Assembly: GCA_963842885.1 (NCBI GenBank)
Contig: CAWJIE010000005.1
Coordinates: 64,001-128,000 of the forward strand
Source of the DNA: an uncultured Nitrososphaerota archaeon
GTDB taxonomy: Archaea > Thermoproteota > Nitrososphaeria > Conexivisphaerales > DTJL01
Reading direction: 5' to 3'
Length of the DNA stretch: 64,000 nt
Shown here: one piece after another, positions 1-11,017 of the stretch
Position numbering within the stretch: the stretch's first letter is position 1
Layout of the letters: each line of letters begins with the position of its first letter
Position numbers and translations under genes: made by a program
The notes under the pieces: generated by a model
Database searches by the model: none
What the model saw: only the letters and a program-made list of their open reading frames with translations
Told to the model about the DNA's origin: nothing

Positions 1-848
1 CGCCCCCATGGGGCGTGGAGAACGTCTTGTGGATGTTCAGGTGGACGACGTCGAAGCCCAGGTCCCCGGGCCTGACCCGGCCGATGATGGCGTTGAGGTT
101 GGCGCCGTCGTAATACATCAGGCCGCCGGCCTCGTGGACCAGCTTCGAGATGGTGAGGACGTCCTTCTCGAACAGCCCCAGCGTGTTGGGGACGGTCATC
201 ATCATGCCCGCCGTCCTCTCTCCGAGGAGCTTCTTCAGCTCCTCCAGGTCGACCAGGCCCCTCGAGTCGGTCGACACTTTTACGACCTTGAAGCCGGCCA
301 TCTGGGCGCTGGCCGGGTTGGTGCCATGGGCGGAGTCCGGTACTATCATTTCGTCTCTCTTGGCGTCTCCCCTGACTGCGTGGTACTTCCTGATCATGAG
401 CGCGCCGAGGAACTCGGCATGGGCTCCGGCAGCCGGCAGGGTCGTCACAGAGTCGGTGCCGGTTATGCTGGCCAGCATGGTGGAGAGGTCGTAGAGCATG
501 CTGAGCAGGCCCTGGACCGTCTCGTGGAGCTGGTACGGATGGGCGTTGACGACCTTGGGGTGCGAAGCGATCCTGTCGTTGAGCTTCGGGTTGTACTTCA
601 TGGTGCAGCTGCCGAGGGGATAGAATCCCGTGTCGACGGAGAAGTTCATCTGGGAAAGGCGCACGAAATGCCGGACCACCTGAAGCTCGCTCAGGCCCGG
701 GAGTTCGACCTCCTCCCTGAGGAGGTCCTTCAGGCAGGTCGACTTCGACGGTCCCGTCGATTGGGGGCGGCGGAACGAATCCTATCCTCCCCTTGCGACC
801 CAGCTCCACCAGGAGCTTCTCCTCCCATCTGGCCTGTCTGTAGCCCAT
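1..848 (-). CDS. gcvPB: glycine dehydrogenase (decarboxylating) subunit 2, N-terminal part (runs off the left edge)
   Basis: Minus-strand ATG at 848 reads [23 protein letters not shown]..., later [13 protein letters not shown]; directly downstream of gcvPA. Confidence 0.9.
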   Translation of the reverse strand, partial: MGYRQARWEEKLLVELGRKGRIGFVPPPPIDGTVEVDLPEGPPQGGGRTPGPERASGGPAFRAPFPDELLRRHGILSPRQLHHEVQPEAQRQDRFAPQGRQRPSVPAPRDGPGPAQHALRPLHHAGQHNRHRLCDDPAGCRSPCRVPRRAHDQEVPRSQGRRQERRNDSTGLRPWHQPGQRPDGRLQGRKSVDRLEGPGRPGGAEEAPRREDGGHDDDRPQHAGAVREGRPHHLEAGPRGRRPDVLRRRQPQRHHRPGQARGPGLRRRPPEHPQDVLHAPWG

Positions 849-852
849 GCTC

Positions 853-2236
853 CTAAAGCACCTTCCCCAGGGCGCCGACGAGGCGATCCACGTCCGGCTT
901 CATGTGCACCTCCGTGACGGAAATGAGCGCCTCCCTGGACATCTCCGGGTAGAACCATCTGAGAGGCAGGCGCGGCCAGGACTCCCTGCGCGCTGACCCT
1001 CCGGAAGAGGTCGGCTCCCGTCAGGTCCTGAGAGATGTGCGCGATCGCGAACTCGTTGTAGAACTTGGACTCGAAGGCGGGGACCGAGTAGCTCTTCAGC
1101 TCGGCCACCCTCTTCGCCGCATAGTGGGCGTTGGAGTAGATCGTCCTGCTGAGGGCCTTCAGCCCGTCACCTCCCAACAGCGAAAGATACGCCGCGGCCG
1201 CCACCGCCATCAGGGCCTGGTTGGTGCAGATGTTCGACGTGGCCCTCTCCCGGCGGATGTGCTGCTCCCGAGATTGAAGGACGAGCACGTAGCCACGCTT
1301 CCCTCCGTCCTTCTCGGTGGTCTCGCCGACTATCCGCCCCGGCATCTGCCTGATGAAGGCCAGGTCCCCCCTGGCGGCGAAGATGCCGAGGAGAGGCCCG
1401 CCGTAGCTGAGGGGAAGGCCGAGGGGCTGACCCTCGCCGACGACTATGTCGGCGCCGTACTCGCCCGGGGCCTTCAACAGCCCGAGGCTCGTCGGCTCCG
1501 CCCCCACGATGAACAGCGCCTTCTTCCGGTGGGCAAGCTCCGCCATCTCCCGGACGGCCTCCTCGACGCAGCCGAGGAAGTTCGGCTGCTCCACGTACAC
1601 CGCCGCCGTGTCGTCGGCGGATACCTTCAGGGAGCTCAGATTGGTGAGCCCTGAGCGGCGTTCGAAATCGGCCTCCTCTACGTGCCCTCCGGCCGCCTCA
1701 ACGTATGTCCTGATGGCGTTGCGTCGGTCGTAGCCCGACGCCCGGCTGACGACTATGCCCTTCCTACCGGTGACCCGGATGGCCATGAGGGCGGCCTCAG
1801 CAGCCGCTGTCGCCCAATCGTACATGGAGGCGTTGGCGGCGTCCATCTTCGTGAGGTCACAGATCAGGCTCTGGTATTCGAAGAGGGCCTGCAGCATCCC
1901 CTGGCTGGCCTCGGGCTGGTAGGGGGTGTACGAAGTGTAGAACTCTGAGCGGGAGCAGATGAGCTGGACGGCCGGCGGGATATAATGGGGCCAGGCACCT
2001 CCTCCCAGGAAGCAGGAGGAGGGAGGCATCGTCTTGTCGCCAGAGAGCTTCTGCTCCACGATGCGCTCGATCTCCATCTCGGTGTAGGGGCCGGGTATGT
2101 CGATGGGCCGCTTGGCGAAGGCCTCTGCCGGGACGTCCGCGTAGAGCTCGTCGATGCCCTTGACGCCCAGCGCCTTCAGCATCCACTCCCTGTCATTCTC
2201 GTCGGAGTTGGGAAGGAGATGGGAATACGGCTTCAA
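853..2236 (-). CDS. gcvPA: glycine dehydrogenase (decarboxylating) subunit 1, with a frameshift near 965
   Basis: FYTSYTPYQPEASQGMLQALFEYQ and REQHIRRERATSNICTNQAL motifs; probable TTG start 2236 below TATA-like TTTAAAG; C-terminus (..LISVTEVH..LGKVL*) lies in another frame ending at 853. Confidence 0.92.
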
Positions 2237-2289
2237 TTCGTCGCTAGCTGGATTCTGGTTTTCTTTAAACTTACCCCTAGAGGTGGCCT

Positions 2290-2381
2290 GTCGCCGCCTG
2301 GCCGATGCTCTACCGCTGGGTTCTTCGCCCGGGGATCGCACGCGGTGACGGTCTGCCGGTGACCAGTCGGATGAGGCCGGC
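2290..2381 (+). ncRNA. candidate small structured RNA (two hairpins, possible K-turn)
   Basis: GTCGCCGC/GCGGTGAC and GCCGGT/GCCGGC stems that pair with G-U only on +; TGA...GATGA inside the second hairpin; intergenic between divergent genes. Confidence 0.3.
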
Positions 2382-2459
2382 CCCTCCCCCTCGAATCTCG
2401 GCCCATCTCGTCCAAAAGGATAAATAACGACCATAGTTGACGATGGTCGAGAATTAGCT

Positions 2460-4604
2460 TTGAATCACAGGCTCCTAGCCCTGTTGCTGGTGCTGTCTCT
2501 TGTGCTCCCCTTCGCGTCGGTGGCCACTCACGCGGACGGGACGCCCACCACGCTCATCTACGTAGCCAACCAAGTCAACATCGACTATTTCGGGGGCGTG
2601 GCGATCTCCACGACCGTGACCGTTGTGAACAACGGCACCTCAGGCACGGGTCCCCTGTCGGTGAACGTGACATACGGAGGCGTTCTCACCCCATATATCA
2701 CGAGCTTGGCATCCAACTACAACGTGACGAACATGGACAGGGGCGGATACCACGTCCTACATGTTCAACTTGGCCAGCCTGGGAGCCGGCAACTACTCAC
2801 AGATAACGCTCAACCTGCAGCTGACGGGGATTGTGCAGGAGACCTCCCCTGGCGTCAGGACCTACAACCTGACCAGCTTTCCCTTCGTTGATGTCACCGG
2901 CGGCGTGCTCACTAACGCCACCGCCTCCCTCGGCCTCCCGGCGGGCGTCAACGTGACCACCGACTTCACCCAGTACGGCTTCACCCAAGCCTTGGCCGGC
3001 ACCCCGTCGTATACCTTGGTGTTCACCAACAACACGGTCCCCCAGGTGAGCTTCGTCCCGGTGAGCTACGTCCAGCCTGACATACTGTTCTCGGTGAACA
3101 ACAAGGTTGCGATCGACAACTTCGGCTGGGTCTACACGGACACCACCGTGACCGTGAACAACACCGGACAGGCGGCTACGGGGAATCTTGACGCCAACCT
3201 GACCTACTTCGGGCTGTACGTCCCCTATACCTGGAACCAGAGCTCCAGCTCCACGCTGATCTCCACTCAGGAGACCAACACCACGACATCCTACATGCTG
3301 AGCCTTCCAAGCATCGCGGCGGGCGGGAGCGCCCAGCTCCTCCTGCACTTGAAGACGTGGGGGATGATCAACGAGTTCACTGCGGGGACATACACGTACA
3401 ACCTGACGAACTTCCCGATCGTGGGTATCCCTGGAGGTGGCCTGTACAACGCCACCTCCCTGATTTCCCTGCCGGTGGCGACCACGGTGAGCTCCGACCT
3501 CACCCAGTACGGCTTCGTCCAGCAGCCGCCGGCCAACCCGACCTATGAGCAGTTCTTTACGGAATACACCGAGCCCGTCCCCACCGTCTACTCCGTGAAC
3601 TTCACTGCGACATCGTCGGACAACTTCGGGCTGTTCCAGATCGACAGCGTCCAGAGGACGGTCGGTATGGCGGGTGACGGATCCGTCCTGGTGACCGACA
3701 CCGTCTCCATAACCAATTTCGATACCCAGGACCTGTCCACCTTCAACCTGACCCTGCCCATCTCGGGCCAGTACAGTCTGAAGATGGGATGGGTCGACGG
3801 CGGATACATCACCTTGAGCGACGGGCTGATCACGCTTCCCGTCCCCATCTCTGCCTCAAGCCTGCAGAACCTGGTGATTCAATACACGCTGCCGAGCAGC
3901 GCCGTGAAGGACAATTCGGGGACGATTACCATTGACCTCGGCGCAGGAGCGCTGAACTATACCAACCTCGTGCAATCCTACTCCGTCATCTTCAGCTTCC
4001 CGTCGGGCACCGTGGCACAGGCCTCTACGCCAACATCATTCGTGAACCAGTCGGTAATGCCGGAGGTCGTGCTTACGGCGAAGGTTCCGCTGGGGTGGAA
4101 CCTCTACCTGGCGGCACCGGCCATCGTGGGGCTTCTCATAGCAGCCGTCTTCATATTCTTCCTGTACAGGCGCGCCAACCTTGAGCCCTTCGAGGAGGAC
4201 GGCGTCTCCATTATCCAGGCGAAGGCCGACGTGATCACCTCCCTGCTGGAGCAGTACAGGCTCCGCGGCGAGGGATTCTCATCGTTCGACGACTACTCGG
4301 CCAAACGCAGGTCTCTGGAAGAGGAGAAGACGAAGGTCGACGCTCGCCTACAGGAGTACAAGGTTAAGGGCGCTGAAGGACAAGGCTCAGAAGTCCCTCT
4401 ACGAGAAGATGGCCGTGGAGGACGCCCGCCTGGAGCAACTTTACAGGGAGGGCAAGGTCTCCCTGGAGGAGTGCCTGGCGACCAGGCTGTCTCAGAAGGA
4501 CTTCGACGCCAAGATTCGAGAAGCTCGAGTTGGCGGCCCAGCCCACGGACCTCTTCAAGAAGGCTGAGCAGAAGCAGGCACAGGCAAAGCCTGCTAAACA
4601 ATAG
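2460..4604 (+). CDS. secreted single-pass membrane glycoprotein with ribophorin I-like architecture (frameshifts near 2750, 4370, 4520)
   Basis: Signal peptide; repeated beta-rich domains (V.N.V.ID.FG....TTVTVNN; IDSVQRTV...GSVLVTDTVSITN); many NxS/T sequons; TM helix AAPAIVGLLIAAVFIFFLY; charged helical tail ending ..AKPAKQ* at 4604. Confidence 0.6.
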
Positions 4605-5379
4605 AGTCCTTGAGAGCTTCGCTGCAGCGGCAGCCCCTAGCCTTGGGCAGGGCGGGGATGAGCGCGGACAGGAGCCGTTGCACCTTCTCCACGTTGTGCT
4701 GAAGGGTCTCCACGACCTCTTGGGCGCTGACGGGCCTGTCGGCCCAGACGTCGTAGTCGGTCACCATGGCCACCGTCATGTAGCACATCCCCTTCTCTCT
4801 GGCCAGGTTCACCTCGGGCACCAAGGTCATCCCTATCACATGGGCACCCCAGGCCTTGAACAGCGCCGACTCCGCCCTGGTGCTGAAACGGGGCCCTTCG
4901 ATGCAGACGTAGGTCCCCCTCCCATGGAAAGCCAGAGAGAGAGCCCTGCACTGGGCATGGGCCACCTCGCTCATCTCCGGGCAGAAGGGGTCCGCGAGCG
5001 AAACGTGGGCGACCTGGCCTCCATCGTAGAAGGTGCTCTCTCGCTTCTTGGTCATGTCTATGAACTGGTCGGGGAAGACGATCTGGCCCGGCTCTATTTC
5101 GGGCTGCAGGCTGCCTACGGCCGAGGGGGCGATGATGCGGGAGACGCCCAGCTCCTTCAGGGCCCAGATGTTTGCCCGGTAGTTGACCCTGTGCGGTGGG
5201 ATCCTGTGGCCCTTCCCGTGCCTGGGTATGAAGGCCACCTTCCTGCCTTTGAAGTCGCCCAGGGTCACCCTGTCCGACGTGTCGCCGAAGGGCGTGTACA
5301 CCTTGATCTCCTCGGCGTCCCTGAGCATGGAGATGTCGTAGACGCCGGAGCCTCCGATGATGCCTATCTCCGCTTCCAA
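4594..5379 (-). CDS. mtnP: S-methyl-5'-thioadenosine (or -inosine) phosphorylase
   Basis: IGIIGGSG, PRHG..H..PPH.VNYRANIWAL, EGPRFSTRAES, GMT..PE, VTDYD motifs. Confidence 0.93.
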   Translation of the reverse strand: MEAEIGIIGGSGVYDISMLRDAEEIKVYTPFGDTSDRVTLGDFKGRKVAFIPRHGKGHRIPPHRVNYRANIWALKELGVSRIIAPSAVGSLQPEIEPGQIVFPDQFIDMTKKRESTFYDGGQVAHVSLADPFCPEMSEVAHAQCRALSLAFHGRGTYVCIEGPRFSTRAESALFKAWGAHVIGMTLVPEVNLAREKGMCYMTVAMVTDYDVWADRPVSAQEVVETLQHNVEKVQRLLSALIPALPKARGCRCSEALKDSIV

Positions 5380-5479
5380 CCGAAATCCGAAGCCTCTTGC
5401 TCCGCGGCGCTATTTATCCATGACTCGCCCGAGGCCTTCGGGCTAGCCTTTTTAACCCGTCCGTCGAGATAGGACAATC

Positions 5480-6775
5480 GTGGCAGCCCTTCGCTACAGG
5501 TCAAAGTACCTCCTCCCGTCCGCCGGCGAGGGCCTTGTGGAGGGAGGCTGCGTAGTCGTGGACGGCGGGAAGCTTTCGTACGCGGGCCCCTTTGGAGCAT
5601 CGGGCGATTCCGGTCCTTTCGAGGACACGATCGACCTGGGCGATGCGGTAATGATTCCCGGGTTCGTCAACACCCATTGCCACTCCGCGATGAGCATCCT
5701 CAGGGGGGTGGGGAACGGCCTCTCCCTCGATGACTGGCTCCGGAAGAAGGTCTGGCCTCTGGAGGATCACATCCGCGAAGAGGAGATGGTTTCAGGCAAC
5801 CTGCTCTCCATGATCGAGTACGCCAGGAGCGGAATCACCTCCTTCATCGACTTCTACAACGTGAGGCCACTGCTGAAGGCGCTCTCCAAGATTAGGATGA
5901 GGTGCACCCTCTCCCTCGCGTTCATGGACCTCGTGCCGGCCATGAAGGAGGAGAGCTGGAAGCGCCTCGGCCAGGTCGACCGATATCGCCGAGAAGTGGA
6001 GGACGGAAAGGGCATGCGCTCTCTGGCGTTGGCCGTCCACTCCTCCTACGCTTGCTCCGAGGAGATGCTGAGGGGCGTGGCGGACGCCGCCTCGACCAAC
6101 GGCCTGATGGTGACAGGGCACCTCCTGGAGGCGCCCACGGAGGCAGGGCTGGTGAAGGCGAGCTGTGGCGTCTCTCCCGTGACTCTGTTGGAGAGGACGG
6201 GCATCATCGGTCCCAGGTTCCTCGCCGCCCACTGCGTCCATCTTGACCGGCGGGGCATAGGCCGCCTGGCCAAGGCGAAGTCGTCGGTGGCCCACTGCCC
6301 CAGGTCGAACTCACGCCTTGGGGTGGGGGTAGCCCCAGTCAAGGAGATGATGGAGAGCGGGCTCAACGTAGCCCTGGGGACGGACGGCGTGGGAAGCGCT
6401 GACTCGGTGGACTTCTTCGAGGAGATGAGGACGGCGGCATACCTCCAGCGGTCGTTGAACGCCGACGCCACCCTTCTCCAGCCTAGGGAGCTCCTGGCCA
6501 TGGCCACCGGCAACGGCGCCAAGGCCCTCGGCAACTCGGGCATCGGCCGCTTGGAGAGTGGACGGATGGCTGACTTCACCGCGGTGAGGCTGGATCGGGC
6601 GCACCTTAACCCCATGCTGGACCTGGTGGGCAACTTGGTCTTCTGCGCCCGGCCAGAGGACGTGTGTCTGACCGTGTCAGGCGGGAATGTCATTCAGGCC
6701 GAAGGGGAGGTGCCGGGCGTGGACGCCTCTTCGATCGTGCGGAAGGTTAGGGAGATTTCGAGCGGGCTCGGCTAG
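5480..6775 (+). CDS. mtaD: amidohydrolase, 5-methylthioadenosine/S-adenosylhomocysteine deaminase-like
   Basis: PGFVNTHCH, H..E, AHCVH, HCP.SN, LGTDG; lies between mtnP and ahcY. Confidence 0.8.
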   Translation: MAALRYRSKYLLPSAGEGLVEGGCVVVDGGKLSYAGPFGASGDSGPFEDTIDLGDAVMIPGFVNTHCHSAMSILRGVGNGLSLDDWLRKKVWPLEDHIREEEMVSGNLLSMIEYARSGITSFIDFYNVRPLLKALSKIRMRCTLSLAFMDLVPAMKEESWKRLGQVDRYRREVEDGKGMRSLALAVHSSYACSEEMLRGVADAASTNGLMVTGHLLEAPTEAGLVKASCGVSPVTLLERTGIIGPRFLAAHCVHLDRRGIGRLAKAKSSVAHCPRSNSRLGVGVAPVKEMMESGLNVALGTDGVGSADSVDFFEEMRTAAYLQRSLNADATLLQPRELLAMATGNGAKALGNSGIGRLESGRMADFTAVRLDRAHLNPMLDLVGNLVFCARPEDVCLTVSGGNVIQAEGEVPGVDASSIVRKVREISSGLG

Positions 6776-6784
6776 CCTGCCTCC

Positions 6785-8018
6785 TCAGCGGTCCAGGTAC
6801 TCCTTCTGAGCCCTGCTGAGGCTGTCGATTGAGACGCCTTCGTCCTTCAGCTTCAGTCGCGCCACTTCGAGGTCGGCGTCGGCGGGGACCGCCAGCACCT
6901 TACTCGGGAGGCGCCCCCTGCTCTTGACCAGATGTAGGACGGACAGCAGCTGAAGCGAGAAGCTCATGTCCATTATCTCGATGGGATGGCCGTCGGCTGC
7001 GGCTATGTTCACCAGGCGCCCTTCGGCCAGAAGGAGGAGCCTCTTTCCGCCCTTCAGGGTGAACTGGGTCACGTTGGGCCTGACCTCATCCTGCCTCAGG
7101 GCGACCTCCTTGAGCGCCTTGACGTTGACCTCGACGTCGAAGTGACCGGCGTTGGCCAGGATTACGCCGTCCTTCATGCAGGCCGAAGTGCCTCTTGCCA
7201 ACGATGTCGTCGCCGCCGGTGCAGCTCACGATTACATCGGCGACGCGCGCCGCCTCCTTCATGGGCATGACATCGTACCCTTCAAAGTGGGCCTCCAGCG
7301 CCCGGAAGGGGTCAACTTCGCACACCGCGACCCGGGCCCCCATCCCTCGCAGCCTCTCGGCGACCCCTCTGCCCACCCAGCCGAAGCCTGCTACGACGCA
7401 ACGGCGGCCTGCCAGGATCATGTTGGTGGACCTCATCAGGCCGTCCACTACGCTCTGGCCGCTGCCGAACCTGTTGTCGAAGAGGTGCTTGCTGTAGGCG
7501 TCGTTGACCGCTATCACCGGGAACTTGAGGGCCTTGTCCCTTTGGAGGTTCTTGAACCGCCTGACACCCGTCGTCGTCTCCTCTGTCACGCCGATGATGC
7601 CCTTGGCCATCCCTCTCTCCATGGCCATGACCGAAAGGTCGGCTCCGTCGTCAACGAGCACCGTGGGCTTCGAATCGAGGACCAGCCCCAGGTTGCGAGA
7701 GTACTCCTCCGCCGTCTCGCCTCTCCAGGCGAAGACATGGCTGACCTTCCTCGTAAGAGCCGCGGCGACGTCATCCTGCGTCGTCAGCGGATTGGAACCG
7801 GTCACGGAGACCTCGGCGCCCAGCTCCTGCATGATGGCACAGAGCACCGCCGTCTTCGCCTCTAGGTGAAGGCAGGCGCCCACCCGAATCCCCTTGAGCG
7901 GCTTCTCTTTCGCAAACCTCGATTCCAAGGCGTTGATGACGGGCATCCTTGCCCTGGCCCACTCCATCTTCTTGGCCCCGGCGGGAGCCAGAGAGACGTC
8001 CTTGACCGAATGCTTCAT
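6785..8018 (-). CDS. ahcY: adenosylhomocysteinase (frameshift near 7190)
   Basis: CLHLEAKTA, SNPLTTQD, EETTTG, KHLFDNRFG, GFGWVGRG, then NAGHFDVE and EGRLVN..AADGHP.EIMDMSF in a second frame. Confidence 0.95.
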
Positions 8019-8106
8019 GACATGGTGATATCTGGTTCAACCTTCAAAAGCGTTTCTTCAACACTGCGCTTATCTAGACGGGCGCTGCAATTAGAGTGAT
8101 ATTCCC

Positions 8107-8199
8107 ATGTCGGAGGATGACCTCTCCAAGGCTCAGCTGAGAAAGAAGAAGGCCAGGCGGAGGACCCGGGGCCCCTACAGGAAGTCGGCCGTCGCCTAG
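8107..8199 (+). CDS. 30-aa basic microprotein MSEDDLSKAQLRKKKARRRTRGPYRKSAVA
   Basis: ATG..TAG ORF with host-like GC3 codon use that fills the intergenic gap; below the ORF-track cutoff. Confidence 0.6.
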   Translation: MSEDDLSKAQLRKKKARRRTRGPYRKSAVA

Positions 8200-8201
8200 C
8201 G

Positions 8202-8528
8202 CTAGAACTTGACGTAGACGTCGTCGCCGCGGACTGACGTTTCATATGAGGGAGCCTGCTCGATGGAGGAGGGGTCGCCATCGTCCGGGCCCAAGAGCAC
8301 CTTTCCGCTCCTCACGTCGAACTCTGCACCGTGCTCGGGACACGTCAGAAGGTACTCTTTCAGGGTGCCCGCGGAGAGGTCTCCCTGCGCATGGGTGCAC
8401 CAGTTGTAGATGGCGTAGAAATTGCCTTCTACGTTGATGAGGACGATCTCCTTTCCATTTACGTTGAAGTACTTCTTCCCGCCCATCGGGACTTCCGCCG
8501 TTGAGCACACCTTCTCATATCCGGCCAA
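8202..8528 (-). CDS. Rieske-type [2Fe-2S] ferredoxin
   Basis: CTH...CPEHG motifs and FDVRSG; likely TTG start at 8528. Confidence 0.9.
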   Translation of the reverse strand: MAGYEKVCSTAEVPMGGKKYFNVNGKEIVLINVEGNFYAIYNWCTHAQGDLSAGTLKEYLLTCPEHGAEFDVRSGKVLLGPDDGDPSSIEQAPSYETSVRGDDVYVKF

Positions 8529-8638
8529 GCGATTTCGCCTTCGAAGGAACGGACTGGGACCGCTTATACGCATTACCGCTGTCGCCCCCAGCAAATTGGG
8601 GTCCACCTTTATACCGGAAGGCGTCTCGTGATTTGACC

Positions 8639-8935
8639 ATGGAAAGATGGAAGCTCGAATGCCCCAAGTGTGGCGAGAAGGCGATGGTGGAGCTCGGCTC
8701 CTATTCGAGTGACCAGTCCTACAGCGACCTGAACGAAGACTTCGCCCTGTTCAGGGTCTTCACTTGCCCCGTGCACAGGGGATGGGTCCACCGGAACATC
8801 AGCGATAGGGCGTTCGACGGTTCCTGCGGCATGGACGGAGGGAAGTTGCAGGACTTCGATATGAGGTCCGGGAGATGCCCGAGATGTGGCGCTGCGATTT
8901 TAAGCACGAAACTCGAGGACCAGCAGGTGGAGTGA
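8639..8935 (+). CDS. small zinc-ribbon/CxxC protein
   Basis: CPKC, CPVH, CPRC motifs; TTTATA upstream; abuts aconitase. Confidence 0.7.
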   Translation: MERWKLECPKCGEKAMVELGSYSSDQSYSDLNEDFALFRVFTCPVHRGWVHRNISDRAFDGSCGMDGGKLQDFDMRSGRCPRCGAAILSTKLEDQQVE

Positions 8936-10870
8936 ATGGGAAAACCTCTCGCCCGCAAGATAATCGAAAGCCATCTGGCTGACGGCAGGCCAGAGGCCGG
9001 CAGCGAGATTGGGATCAAGGTGGACAGGGCGTTGATGCAGGACGCCACAGGCACCATGGCCTGCCTCCAGTTCGAGGCGCTGGACATACCGAGGGTTCGA
9101 AACGAGCTTTCCATCATCTACGTAGACCACAACACATTGCAGGTGGGCTACGAGAACCCGGACGACCACAAGTTCCTCGAGACCTTCGGGGCGAAGTACG
9201 GCATCTACTTCTCCAAGCCCGGCAACGGCATCTGCCACCAGGTGAACCTGGAGCGGTTCTCGGTGCCAGGGAAGACGCTCCTGGGCTCCGACAGTCACAC
9301 CCCAACATCCGGAGGCGCCGGGATGCTGGCCATCGGCGTAGGCGGCCTGGATGTCGCCGTCGCCATGGGCGGGGCCCCCTTCTACTTCAAGATGCCAAAG
9401 GTCGTCGGCGTCAAGCTGACGGGGAGCCTGAAGCCCTGGGTCTCCACCAAGGACGTCATACTTGAGATGCTGCGTCGCCTCACTGTAAAGGGCGGGCTCG
9501 GAAGGATCTTCGAGTACTACGGGCCCGGGGTGTCCACGATCCCCGTGCCCGCAAGGTCAACCGTCACGAACATGGGAGCGGAGCTGGGAGCCACCACCTC
9601 CATCTTCCCGTCGGACGAGGTGACGCTGGATTACTTCAGGCGTCAAGGGAGGGAGGGAGACTGGGTTCCAATGCTGCCCGACCAGGACGCCGTCTACGAC
9701 GAGAACATCGAGATAGACCTCGGCTCCTTGGAGCCCATGATCGCGTGCCCAGGGGCCCCCGACAACGTCAAGAAGGTTTCAGAGGTGGAGGGCACGAAGG
9801 CGCAGCAGGTGCTCATCGGCTCGTGCACCAACTCCAGCTTCCAAGACCTCATGGTCGTCGCCGCCGCTTTGAAAGGCAGGAAGGTCGACCCCCACGTGAC
9901 CATGGCCGTCAACCCCGGCTCCCGCCAGGTCCTCACCACGGTCGAGGAGCACGGAGGGCTCTCCAGCATAGTGCTCTCCGGCGCCCGACTTCTCGAGAAC
10001 GCCTGCAACGGCTGCATCGGCATGGGCTCTGCGCCGGGCACCGACTGGGTGACCGTCCGGTCGTTCAACAGGAACTGGCCCGGAAGGAGCGGAACGGTCG
10101 ACGACAAGGTCTATCTCACCAGCCCCGAGGTCTGCGTCGCGACGGCGCTCTACGGCGAGATCACGGACCCGAGGAAGCTGGGCGAGTACCCACGCATCGA
10201 ATGGCCCGAGCACTTCGTGATCGATGACTCCATGGTCCTCCCGCCGGCGCCACCGAACTCCGAGGTCTCGGTCATCAGGGGCCCCAACATCAAGCCGCTC
10301 CCCCGAAGGGGACCACTCGAGCATTCACTTCAGGGAGAGGTGCTCATCAAGGTGGGCGACAACATCAGCACCGACGCCATCATGCCTGCCGGCGCCAAGA
10401 TCCTCCCCCTCCGCAGCAACATCCCCGCCATAAGCGAATACGTGTTCGCTTGGATCGACCCGGGCTTCGTCAAGAGGGCGCAGGAGAAGCACGGCGGCTT
10501 CATCGTAGGCGGTGGCAATTACGGTCAGGGCTCCAGCCGGGAGCACGCCGCGCTCGCGCCCATGTATCTCGGCGTCAAGGCGGTCATCGCTAAGTCGTTC
10601 GCGAGGATTCACAGGGCGAACCTGATCAACTTCGGCATCCTCCCGCTCGATTTCGTCGACCAGTCGGACTACGACAATCTGACCATGGGCTCAGTCCTGA
10701 GCATCGAGGGAGTCCCGGAGGCGCTGGCTCGCGGCGACAGGGTCCTGAGCGTCGTGCACCCCGGAGGTCGCTTCGACGTCAAGGCCGACTTCACATCCAG
10801 GGACAGGGAGATCCTCGTCGACGGGGGCCTGCTCAACTACACCAAGGGGAAGTTCTCCGCCGCTCAGTGA
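8936..10870 (+). CDS. acnA: aconitate hydratase
   Basis: QDATGTMA, DHN, GNGICHQV, DSHT, IGSCTN, CNGCIG, NYGQGSSREHA motifs. Confidence 0.93.
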   Translation: MGKPLARKIIESHLADGRPEAGSEIGIKVDRALMQDATGTMACLQFEALDIPRVRNELSIIYVDHNTLQVGYENPDDHKFLETFGAKYGIYFSKPGNGICHQVNLERFSVPGKTLLGSDSHTPTSGGAGMLAIGVGGLDVAVAMGGAPFYFKMPKVVGVKLTGSLKPWVSTKDVILEMLRRLTVKGGLGRIFEYYGPGVSTIPVPARSTVTNMGAELGATTSIFPSDEVTLDYFRRQGREGDWVPMLPDQDAVYDENIEIDLGSLEPMIACPGAPDNVKKVSEVEGTKAQQVLIGSCTNSSFQDLMVVAAALKGRKVDPHVTMAVNPGSRQVLTTVEEHGGLSSIVLSGARLLENACNGCIGMGSAPGTDWVTVRSFNRNWPGRSGTVDDKVYLTSPEVCVATALYGEITDPRKLGEYPRIEWPEHFVIDDSMVLPPAPPNSEVSVIRGPNIKPLPRRGPLEHSLQGEVLIKVGDNISTDAIMPAGAKILPLRSNIPAISEYVFAWIDPGFVKRAQEKHGGFIVGGGNYGQGSSREHAALAPMYLGVKAVIAKSFARIHRANLINFGILPLDFVDQSDYDNLTMGSVLSIEGVPEALARGDRVLSVVHPGGRFDVKADFTSRDREILVDGGLLNYTKGKFSAAQ

Positions 10871-11017
10871 GGACCCGTGTGGCGATGACCTGTGAAGCCT
10901 TGAATCTCCCAGGGGTCTCCTTCTTCGTACAGAAGCTGTGGCGAACGCAGCCTTGCAATCGCGGCTCGCCTAGAAACCTTTCGTGAGGCAAGAGCGCTTT
11001 AATACGGGGCGGCCTCC

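Noticed and set aside
8-856. 282-aa + strand ORF and the many similar antisense ORFs across the window
   Set aside because: Shadow ORFs of GC-rich genes on the opposite strand, with no motifs.
2240-2430. Glycine riboswitch upstream of gcvPA
   Set aside because: Lacks the GGAGA/CCGAAG/CUCUCAGG consensus, and gcvPA appears to have its own TATA ~27 nt above its start.
4370-5472. 903-aa ORF as one protein
   Set aside because: After the ~4370 frameshift the frame is simply antisense to mtnP.
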